NCBI GenBank assembly: GCA_009773315.1
Contig: WRPE01000011.1
Location: 132 to 64,131 of the forward strand
DNA: 64,000 bases
DNA from: Syntrophaceae bacterium
Lineage (GTDB): Bacteria; Desulfobacterota; Syntrophia; Syntrophales; Smithellaceae
Reading direction: 5' to 3'
Translations under genes and position numbers: made by a program
Notes under the pieces: model-generated
Told to the model about the DNA's origin: nothing
The model's input: the letters and a program-made list of their open reading frames with translations, nothing else
Databases searched by the model: none
In this document: positions 1 through 6,739 of the stretch, piece after piece
Layout: each line of letters opens with the position of its first letter
Numbering within the stretch: position 1 is the first letter of the stretch

Positions 1-1
1 T

Positions 2-280
2 TATCTCTTCCAGGTTCGCGGCGGTGTGAAACCGGTTGCCGCTCTGAACATTATGGCGTCTCTCTCCTATGCCCATGCCGACAGGAAACCGGCGGGATTT
101 ATCAACAACGATTATGGTTATGAAGTTGATTTAACCGCCACATACAAGATCACCAACAACCTGTCATATATGTTGGGCGCAGGCTATCTGTTTACCGGCA
201 AGTATTATAAGGGGACAAGCGACAGCAATGAGTTGGCCAACGATTTCCTGGTCATCAATAAGTTGACGCTGACGTTCTAG
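2..280 (+). CDS. 3' end of an outer-membrane beta-barrel (porin-like) protein; 5' end lies outside the window
   Basis: Frame is open from the window edge to TAG at 278-280. The sequence shows an alternating beta-strand-like pattern and ends ...NKLTLTF; a C-terminal Phe is typical of OMP barrels. A strong terminator follows. Confidence 0.5.
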   Translation, partial: YLFQVRGGVKPVAALNIMASLSYAHADRKPAGFINNDYGYEVDLTATYKITNNLSYMLGAGYLFTGKYYKGTSDSNELANDFLVINKLTLTF

Positions 281-306
281 GGGGTTTTCAGATCGCAGTT
301 CATTCA

Positions 307-342
307 AATCCCCGCGGGATTTTCGCCCGCGGGGATTTTTTT
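307..342 (+). terminator. Rho-independent terminator
   Basis: Perfect 12-bp stem AATCCCCGCGGG (307-318) pairs with CCCGCGGGGATT (326-337). The loop is 7 nt and a T-run follows at 338-342. Confidence 0.85.
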
Positions 343-607
343 ATTGTGTGCCCGGCCGGGCAAGCGATTCCCGCCCGGCTTTTGTGTATAAGGCGACCAG
401 TGGAGCGAAGCCAAACCAGAAGTGGTCCGCAAATTCACGAGTCCTAAACTTCATGATGTGATCAGCGTTTGGCCAAGGAATACAAACGCGCCCTGAACAT
501 GCTGAACTTTCTTCCGACATGAATGGCGGTGGCATCATATGTCGCAATCATTATAATGAATATCTTACAAAATATGATACCCCCTTTGCTATTTCCCTTC
601 TATTCAG

Positions 608-636
608 TTGACATACCCTTGCGAATTTTTTATACT
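608..636 (+). promoter_or_regulatory. Sigma-70-type promoter for the 714-974 gene
   Basis: TTGACA at 608-613, exactly 17-nt spacer, TATACT at 631-636. The implied leader is about 70 nt before ATG 714. Confidence 0.6.
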
Positions 637-713
637 CCCACACTAAAAATGAGTGTTCTTATCAATTATGGTCCAATGATCCAACCGTAGAAGGTGAATA
701 TGGAGGTGTCATT

Positions 714-974
714 ATGGCGGAAAAGAAGATCGGTGAAGTGGTTAAATTCTTTGCGAAGGCTTCCGTGGCTGCTGTTCATATTACGGAAGGTGAATTGCAG
801 GTCGGTGACAGTATTAAATATTCCGGTCATACAACGGAATTCACCGATGTGATTCAGTCCATGGAAGTGGATAATAAGTCCGTGCAAAAAGCAATTGCGG
901 GTGATTCCATCGGCCTTAAGGTGTCCGACCGTGTGCGTCCCGGCGATGAAGTATTTAAAATTGTGTCTGATTAA
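714..974 (+). CDS. Small EF-Tu domain-2-like (translation elongation factor-like beta-barrel) protein, 86 aa
   Basis: The sequence ...GELQVGDSIKY...KSVQKAIAGDSIGLKV...RPGDEVFK resembles the GTP_EFTU_D2 beta-barrel fold. SD GGAGG lies 6 nt upstream of the ATG. Confidence 0.6.
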   Translation: MAEKKIGEVVKFFAKASVAAVHITEGELQVGDSIKYSGHTTEFTDVIQSMEVDNKSVQKAIAGDSIGLKVSDRVRPGDEVFKIVSD

Positions 975-1059
975 CCATCGCAGAAATTAATTCCTCAAAG
1001 CGACAGCGCGTGATGCCGCGATGATGATCCCTGCGTAATTACTTAAATGGATTTTTTAC

Positions 1060-1758
1060 ATGACTAAAATACTAATCGTGGATGATGAACAAGATATTGC
1101 TGATTTGATATCCTATAATTTGGAAAAGGAAGGCTATTCGACGATCAAGGCTTACGACGGTGGCGATGTTCTCAAAACCGTTAAAACACAAAAACCCGAT
1201 CTGGTTATTCTGGACTTAATGCTGCCCCATATGAACGGTATGGACATCTGCCGAGCCGTTCGCGCCAATCCGGAAACTGCTCATCTGCCGATTATTATGC
1301 TGACGGCAAAGTCCGATGAGGTGGATAAAATTATCGGGCTGGAAATCGGCGCCGATGATTACATGACCAAGCCCTTCAGCGTGAAAGAGCTTATCGCCCG
1401 GGTGAGAACGATTCTGAGGCGCTCCCAGGAAGGAAATAAGACGACGGTCAGAGAAACCTTTGAATTTGGCGGGCTGGCCATTAATTATGCGTCCTGCTCG
1501 GTGACGGTGGAGGGCAGGCCGGTCAAATTGAGCCCCACGGAACTGAAACTTCTTTTCTTCCTGTCCCGCAACCCCGGTCGGGTTTATTCGAGAGATCAGA
1601 TTCTGGATCATGTCTGGGGCGACGACACGTTTATCACCGACCGCGCCGTTGATGTCCATATCCGCCGTCTGCGCAGCCAGATCGAGAAAGATATGGAAAA
1701 TCCCCACTACATTGTGACCGTCCGTGGATTCGGTTATAAATTTGCAGAAGTCAAATAA
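1060..1758 (+). CDS. phoB: OmpR/PhoB-family response regulator (receiver plus winged-helix); probable partner of PhoR
   Basis: N-terminal receiver ILIVDDE...DLVILDLMLP...TAK and C-terminal trans_reg_C region LSPTELKLLFFL...VDVHIRRLR...VRGFGYKF. The phoB name rests on the pst-phoU-phoR context. Confidence 0.75.
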   Translation: MTKILIVDDEQDIADLISYNLEKEGYSTIKAYDGGDVLKTVKTQKPDLVILDLMLPHMNGMDICRAVRANPETAHLPIIMLTAKSDEVDKIIGLEIGADDYMTKPFSVKELIARVRTILRRSQEGNKTTVRETFEFGGLAINYASCSVTVEGRPVKLSPTELKLLFFLSRNPGRVYSRDQILDHVWGDDTFITDRAVDVHIRRLRSQIEKDMENPHYIVTVRGFGYKFAEVK

Positions 1759-1861
1759 ATCAGCGTTTTATTCATCAGACCTCATGGATATCTCCAAACA
1801 ACTTTGATCCTGTATATTTGTGCAGGACAAAATTCACTTATTTATTCAAAATATCTTTATT

Positions 1862-1895
1862 CCTTCATAATAGTGAAACATTAAAAACGTATCAT
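1862..1895 (+). promoter_or_regulatory. Candidate Pho-box-like element plus -10 hexamer upstream of the 1938-6512 cluster
   Basis: CCTTCAT-AATA-GTGAAAC (1862-1879) matches 10/14 positions of the E. coli Pho-box half sites CTGTCAT/CTGTAAC. Exactly 10 nt later comes TATCAT (1890-1895). The geometry is the same as at pstS (6676-6709). Confidence 0.35.
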
Positions 1896-1937
1896 CCCTT
1901 ACGAAAGCTGGAAGAATCAATGAGAAGGAGATGATGT

Positions 1938-3104
1938 TTGAATAGAGGAAATTTGGCAGGAAAAAATGATCCGGTAAGAGGGGTGCATGTTGCACCCAAG
2001 TCGATTCGGGTGATATCGGAAATAATCGGCGTTAAGTATGATCGGTTAGGTTTGAATCCCGGGTCCCTTCCTTTTGCGCCGACGGATACGACTGCCGGAA
2101 GCGAAGCGGAAATGCAGACGGTTGTTATGGGAGACAAGCAACATGTCGACTTGCCGCTATTTATCGAACAGTCCAACTATTTTGCCAATACGAAAAGACG
2201 AGCTGAGGCGGGGGATACATCCCGCAGGGTCATGACTGATCTGGAAAAATATTTAAATGGGAATGTGGAGGGTGTTTGGGAAAACAGTTGGGTGTTTTTT
2301 CCACGGGATAAAATGGGAGAATTCGCCAAAACAATTTTTCAGCATGACATTCTGGCGGACAAGTCGAATCCTTTTGCGGGTCAACGATCAGATTTAAATA
2401 GATTAATCTTCAAAGAAAATGGGTGCGAAAATATCCGGGTTCCGATCAGTTATCTTTTAAAGCTATCCCTGGCGGAAATCATCGATCCGCAGAATAAAGC
2501 CCATCCGCTTATCCACGCCACCGGCTTAAAAATCATGTCATCTTTTCTCAATGATAATACATCACCGGAGACTTCCTCCTTCTACGTTGTTGCCATGCAG
2601 TCGGAAACGGGTATGGGGCGGGTTGTAGCCAAAGAGATGGCGATCCGCTTTCTGTTAAGCCAGTTGCTGGTCATGTATGCCAATAAAAGATATTTGCTCC
2701 AGGAGAATGGACAAAAAGCGATGATCTTCTCATCACCGCATCCGCCGACCCGTCAGAAAATTTTAAGCCAGTGTGTTTCCGATGCGTTTTACCGGGAACT
2801 GTTCATGAATCCTTGCCTGTCCGGTTGGGATAAAGGTGAAGAAAAACATGAATACATGCATCTGTGTCACCGTGTTTTGAGCCGCAGCCAGTTCAACGCC
2901 GTCTTGAAACTACGGGAAGCGGGAATTATTACCAGCAATCTGGTGTCGTTGCCCAACTTATCCAATATCAGTCTGGCCAACAACGGCATTCATGTAAGTT
3001 TGGGGAGCAATAAACTCAGCCATCTGCTTGGCGATCCCTCGTCGGGATTTTCCGTGCGGGACGAAAAATATATCGGCGATCTGGGAATAATTCGCAGCGC
3101 TTGA
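1938..3104 (+). CDS. Hypothetical protein, 388 aa, no motif recognised. May be the N-terminal part of a roughly 700-aa protein split from the next ORF.
   Basis: Long ORF with TTG start 7 nt after SD GAAGGAG (1924-1930). It ends at TGA 3102-3104, overlapping the next ORF in TTGA. Confidence 0.6.
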   Translation: MNRGNLAGKNDPVRGVHVAPKSIRVISEIIGVKYDRLGLNPGSLPFAPTDTTAGSEAEMQTVVMGDKQHVDLPLFIEQSNYFANTKRRAEAGDTSRRVMTDLEKYLNGNVEGVWENSWVFFPRDKMGEFAKTIFQHDILADKSNPFAGQRSDLNRLIFKENGCENIRVPISYLLKLSLAEIIDPQNKAHPLIHATGLKIMSSFLNDNTSPETSSFYVVAMQSETGMGRVVAKEMAIRFLLSQLLVMYANKRYLLQENGQKAMIFSSPHPPTRQKILSQCVSDAFYRELFMNPCLSGWDKGEEKHEYMHLCHRVLSRSQFNAVLKLREAGIITSNLVSLPNLSNISLANNGIHVSLGSNKLSHLLGDPSSGFSVRDEKYIGDLGIIRSA

Positions 3105-4042
3105 AGGAGGACCTTGCCGACCTCGGTGTGTTTGACTCCAAAATGTCTCTTTATCTTCTGGAGAAGCTTCGCGAATACAAGGTCATGGGGTTTTCCGGAT
3201 TTGAAGGCCGTCATTACAGTCTTTTTGAAAGCTTTACGCAGGATATGGGACAGGCCGTAACACTGCAAAATCTTCTCTATCTTTTAGCCTTCAAATATAT
3301 TGTCAGCGGACAGATCGGTCATGAGCATATTCCGGATGATCCTTCCGTCGAAAGTGAACGACGGCAAGTGATTTTCGGCACGGCCATCGGCATTCCGACT
3401 TTCTTTGTGCACGAAAACACAGGGAATGCCCTGTTAAAAAAGATTATGGGTAAAACGGATCGCTTACGTATGAGCAGGCGCTATCCCGGATATACGCGTG
3501 TATACAACATTGAATACAGGCGGGCGTTGCTGAAAATTTTGCGCGACGATGCGGCCGATCTCATAGAAATGCTCAATATGCGGGAAGACATCAATGAACT
3601 GGAAACAAGGCTTTGCGAGCCGGATCGCTTCTCCGCCGCAGGCAAACTGACGTCCGGCATTCTGGGCATGGCCGGCGGCAAATCTCCCATGGATTTATGT
3701 GCCGATGATTTTAATCAGGCGGCGGAAAAATATTACCGGACGGACTTACGCAACCGGCATATCCGCGAGGCATTGGGATTGCTTGGTGAAGTTTTAAACA
3801 AACTGGAAAAAGTCTCCGATGGTCTAAGGCAGGACATAAGGTTTTTGATTAACGGTATTTTGCAGGAAAAGCCAGCCGGTGAATTTCTGGATCGCGCTCA
3901 GCAGGAAATTTTAAATGAAACCGCTTCCGCGGAGACGCTGGAGAAATTAATTAGTATTATTTTAGTACACATTCATTACAAAGCGGAGCTTAATCAAAAA
4001 TTTAAGGATACAACTTATGCAACATCATTACATAGAGCGTGA
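3101..4042 (+). CDS. Hypothetical protein, 313 aa, no motif recognised. May be the C-terminal part of a split gene.
   Basis: ORF lies in the -1 frame relative to the preceding ORF. The only start at the junction is TTG 3101 and it has no good SD. The 3' end overlaps the PSD-family gene by 26 nt. Confidence 0.5.
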   Translation: MKEDLADLGVFDSKMSLYLLEKLREYKVMGFSGFEGRHYSLFESFTQDMGQAVTLQNLLYLLAFKYIVSGQIGHEHIPDDPSVESERRQVIFGTAIGIPTFFVHENTGNALLKKIMGKTDRLRMSRRYPGYTRVYNIEYRRALLKILRDDAADLIEMLNMREDINELETRLCEPDRFSAAGKLTSGILGMAGGKSPMDLCADDFNQAAEKYYRTDLRNRHIREALGLLGEVLNKLEKVSDGLRQDIRFLINGILQEKPAGEFLDRAQQEILNETASAETLEKLISIILVHIHYKAELNQKFKDTTYATSLHRA

Positions 4043-5030
4043 TACACGCAGCATCAAAGCGGAGCAGTTTTACGGGGACCAGGCCGTGCAGTTCATTTAT
4101 GCCCGTATCCGGGAGCAATCATCATGGCTTTTTCGCAAGTTGATCAGCGCCAGAGTTTCACGCGCGCTGAGCTACATGAACTACGATGGAATTCTCGCCG
4201 ATCGCATGAGCAATTATCTCGATATTCACAGGCAATTGAATATTGAACCCCGTGAATGCCTGGATGCGCCGGAGCATTTGAACTCTTTGAGAAAAATATT
4301 TGAACGCAAAATCTGCTACTGGGAGTGCCGGCCAATGCCCCATGATCCCTGCGCCGTCGTATCGCCCGCTGATTCCCGGATGTTGTTGGGATCCTTTCAA
4401 GAAGAATCGGGGTTATTCATCAAGGATAAGTTTTTTAATTATGAGGAGATGTTCGGTTTTGATAAACGCACCTGGCTTGCAGCCTTTCAGGAAGGCGACT
4501 TTGCGGTATTCCGGCTGACGCCGGAAAAGTATAATTACAATCACACGCCTGTTGCCGGAAAAATAATCGACTTTTATCAAATCCCGGGAACCTATCACGC
4601 CTGTAATCCCAACGCCGTTATTTCCGTGGTGACGCCTTATTCCAAAAATAAGCGCGTCGTAACGATTATCGATACGGATGTGGAAGGCGGAACCAATGCG
4701 GGTCTGGTGGCTATGATAGAAGTGGTTGCGCTAATGATCGGAGATATCGTTCAGTGTTACAGTGAAAAAATGTATGAAAGCCCTGTGGTTGTGGGGACAG
4801 GCATGTCTATTAAAAAAGGCGTCCCCAAGAGCCTTTTTCGTCCCGGAAGCAGCACGGTTGTCTTGATCTTTCAAAAGGACAGAATTCGGTTTGCGGATGA
4901 TATCGTGGCGAATATGATTTATCCCGACGCCGAGAGCATTTTCAGCCGCGGCTTTGGGAAATCTCTGGTCGAAACGGATGTCAGGGTCAGATCATTTGTC
5001 GCCAGTTCTGTCATAAGCCGGATGACATGA
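4017..5030 (+). CDS. Phosphatidylserine decarboxylase-family (pyruvoyl-dependent) protein, divergent
   Basis: Contains VVSPADSRM (PSD SPADG-like motif), FRLTPEKYNYNHTPVAGK (position of the canonical DYHRxHxP motif) and FRPGSSTVVLIF (position of the LGST self-cleavage site). Confidence 0.7.
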   Translation: MQHHYIERDTRSIKAEQFYGDQAVQFIYARIREQSSWLFRKLISARVSRALSYMNYDGILADRMSNYLDIHRQLNIEPRECLDAPEHLNSLRKIFERKICYWECRPMPHDPCAVVSPADSRMLLGSFQEESGLFIKDKFFNYEEMFGFDKRTWLAAFQEGDFAVFRLTPEKYNYNHTPVAGKIIDFYQIPGTYHACNPNAVISVVTPYSKNKRVVTIIDTDVEGGTNAGLVAMIEVVALMIGDIVQCYSEKMYESPVVVGTGMSIKKGVPKSLFRPGSSTVVLIFQKDRIRFADDIVANMIYPDAESIFSRGFGKSLVETDVRVRSFVASSVISRMT

Positions 5031-5065
5031 GATGTTTTTCTTATTTATTAAAAAAGGAGGTTGTT

Positions 5066-5467
5066 ATGGTTAGGCAACAGAAAATCGAGTCCATCAGAAA
5101 CAAGCTGGTGAGGAAAATGGAAGAACTTTGGTCCAATGCGGGTCATACTCTGTCTAAAATGAAAAATGACGACGGTCGTTTTGCCGATCCCTTTGATCAG
5201 GCGGCAATCGAGTCCAATAAGTATGTTGAACTGGCCTGCCGTGATCGGGAAAGAGAATTAATGCTGGATATTAAGGAAACGATTCTGCGCATTGACCGGG
5301 GTTTATACGGCATTTGCGATCATTGCGGGAGAGTAATCCACGAAAAAAGACTACTGATTGAACCCATGAGCAAATTATGCATGGAATGCCAGAAGGAAAA
5401 AGAACGAAATCATAAAAGGAAAAACAGACAATGGGCCATGAAAGACATATCCTATAATCATGTTTGA
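5066..5467 (+). CDS. dksA: DksA/TraR-family C4 zinc-finger protein
   Basis: CDHCGRVIHEKRLLIEPMSKLCMECQ gives CxxC-N17-CxxC. The DxxDxA tip motif is present in FADPFDQAA. Strong SD AAGGAGG lies 6 nt before ATG 5066; the ORF track's 5027 start is probably too long. Confidence 0.75.
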   Translation: MVRQQKIESIRNKLVRKMEELWSNAGHTLSKMKNDDGRFADPFDQAAIESNKYVELACRDRERELMLDIKETILRIDRGLYGICDHCGRVIHEKRLLIEPMSKLCMECQKEKERNHKRKNRQWAMKDISYNHV

Positions 5468-6512
5468 TGAGATTTTTCTGCTGATTTTTTCGGGCGTGAT
5501 CGCCCTGTTATTCGCCTGGGCTTTCAGAACGCTTCCTGCGGAAGGCTGGCAGATTGTCGCCTGTTTGCCCGGACGAAAAAGCCCTGATGGTACTTGGCAT
5601 GGCGTTAATTTTACCTACTATGGTTTTTTTAACGCGGTGGCTTATGTATTTGCTGTCGTGATGTTCCTGCTGATGACGGGGTCTCTGGACATCACGATGG
5701 AGATCGCCTTGTCCGTGGTCATTCCGGTGCTGGCCATTTGCATGTGGGCCGCGCGTGTCATTGCCCGGCTGGTGGAAAAAAAACATCACACATTTTCCGT
5801 AGGAGCAGCCGCATTTACCGGCATCATCATTGCGCCGATCGTCATCATATTGCTTAACGCCACCGTTGGCCAATGGTGGGCGATCCATATCCCGGTGACC
5901 CAGACGATGGCCGCGATGTTTATTGCCTATGCCTTTGGAGAAGGAATGGGAAGGCTGGCCTGCATCAGTTTTGGTTGTTGTTATGGGAAGCCGCTGAAGG
6001 ATTGCAATCCTTTCATTAGAAAAATTTTCCGGCGGTGGAATTTCGTTTTTTGGGGAAAAACCAAAAAAATTGCTTATGCCGATGACCTCGAAGGCGTAGC
6101 GGTCATTCCAGTTCAGGCGTTGACGGCGGTTCTTTATACGGGAACCGGGCTTTTGAGTTTTTACCTTTTCTTAAAAGGCTTTGCCGCGGCGTCGTTAATT
6201 CTAACGCTGATGACAACACAGATCTGGCGTTTTGTTTCCGAATTCCTGCGCGCTGATTATCGGGGGAACGGTCGCATCAGCGCCTACCAGGTCATGACTT
6301 TGATAGCCATTGCTTATACCCTGGTGATTTTGACAGTGACGACTAAGTCAGGTGTTGCGGCACCGAATCTGCTTCTGGGGATTACCTCCCTGTGGAATCC
6401 CGGCCTGTTGATTTTTTTAGCGATTTTATGGGTGGTTTCTTTTGTTTACACAGGGAGAAGCAGTGTGACCACCTCATGGATAGACATTCAGGTTGTCAAA
6501 AAGAATATTTAG
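5460..6512 (+). CDS. Polytopic membrane protein of the prolipoprotein diacylglyceryl transferase (Lgt) family, divergent, 350 aa
   Basis: Multiple hydrophobic helices. GRLACISFGCCYGKP aligns with the Lgt signature GRLGNFINGELWG. The start overlaps the dksA end by 8 nt. Confidence 0.55.
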   Translation: MFDEIFLLIFSGVIALLFAWAFRTLPAEGWQIVACLPGRKSPDGTWHGVNFTYYGFFNAVAYVFAVVMFLLMTGSLDITMEIALSVVIPVLAICMWAARVIARLVEKKHHTFSVGAAAFTGIIIAPIVIILLNATVGQWWAIHIPVTQTMAAMFIAYAFGEGMGRLACISFGCCYGKPLKDCNPFIRKIFRRWNFVFWGKTKKIAYADDLEGVAVIPVQALTAVLYTGTGLLSFYLFLKGFAAASLILTLMTTQIWRFVSEFLRADYRGNGRISAYQVMTLIAIAYTLVILTVTTKSGVAAPNLLLGITSLWNPGLLIFLAILWVVSFVYTGRSSVTTSWIDIQVVKKNI

Positions 6513-6675
6513 CCGGCGGGTTTAGCAAGCTGGGCTGGTTTTCATGTTTCAACTCGTTGAAAATAAATAAGTAGTTGAAATATTTCGATAAATTATTTCT
6601 CTACACAGAGTATCTTTCTCAAGTGTTTCGGGGGATTGTTCGCTTGCGCCAAGTTGTATCTGTTACTTCATCGGT

Positions 6676-6709
6676 TTCTCATCAAAATGTAACATTTAAG
6701 TTGTATATT
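6676..6709 (+). promoter_or_regulatory. Candidate Pho box plus -10 hexamer of the pstS promoter
   Basis: TTCTCAT-CAAA-ATGTAAC (6676-6693) matches 11/14 positions of the E. coli Pho-box half sites. Ten nt later comes TATATT (6704-6709). SD GGAGGA lies at 6729-6734 before ATG 6740. Confidence 0.4.
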
Positions 6710-6739
6710 GCTTTACAAATTAAAGAATGGAGGAAAAAA

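Noticed and set aside
341-547. 68-aa minus-strand ORF (TTG start) in the 430-bp gap between the porin-like gene and the small EF-Tu-D2-like gene. Plus-strand fragments such as ...KLHDVISV... and ...AKEYKRALNMLNFLPT hint at a decayed gene.
   Set aside because: The start codon is non-ATG and has no SD. The 3' part of the ORF runs through a GC-rich hairpin (about 352-385) that looks like a second terminator for the upstream gene. I recognise no motif. It could be a gene remnant or an sRNA locus, but neither can be supported from sequence alone.
1216-1707. Long antisense ORFs opposite well-supported genes. Examples are 1216-1707, 11270-12010, 14419-15024, 16067-16654, 54537-55229, 55440-56246, 60966-61970 and 62644-63702.
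   Set aside because: They mirror genes with clear family motifs on the other strand. Their composition is Arg/Gly/His-rich and low-complexity, typical of shadow ORFs. None has a convincing SD or start context.
3062-3104. Programmed -1 ribosomal frameshift joining ORFs 1938-3104 and 3101-4042.
   Set aside because: There is no X-XXY-YYZ slippery heptamer in the correct phase. The only A-run (GAA-AAA-T) supports slippage of one tRNA only, and it yields a less protein-like junction peptide. The strong SD-like GAAGGAGG lies downstream of the stop, not upstream of a slip site. An indel or true stop-start coupling is more likely.
6575-6739. N-terminal extensions proposed by the ORF track for pstS (6575), the dksA-like gene (5027), mraZ (43139), the PDE-like gene (15899), selB (41330) and the M24 peptidase (62377).
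   Set aside because: In each case an internal start codon is preceded by a good Shine-Dalgarno sequence and gives the family-typical N-terminus. The extended versions overlap upstream genes, promoters or hairpins.
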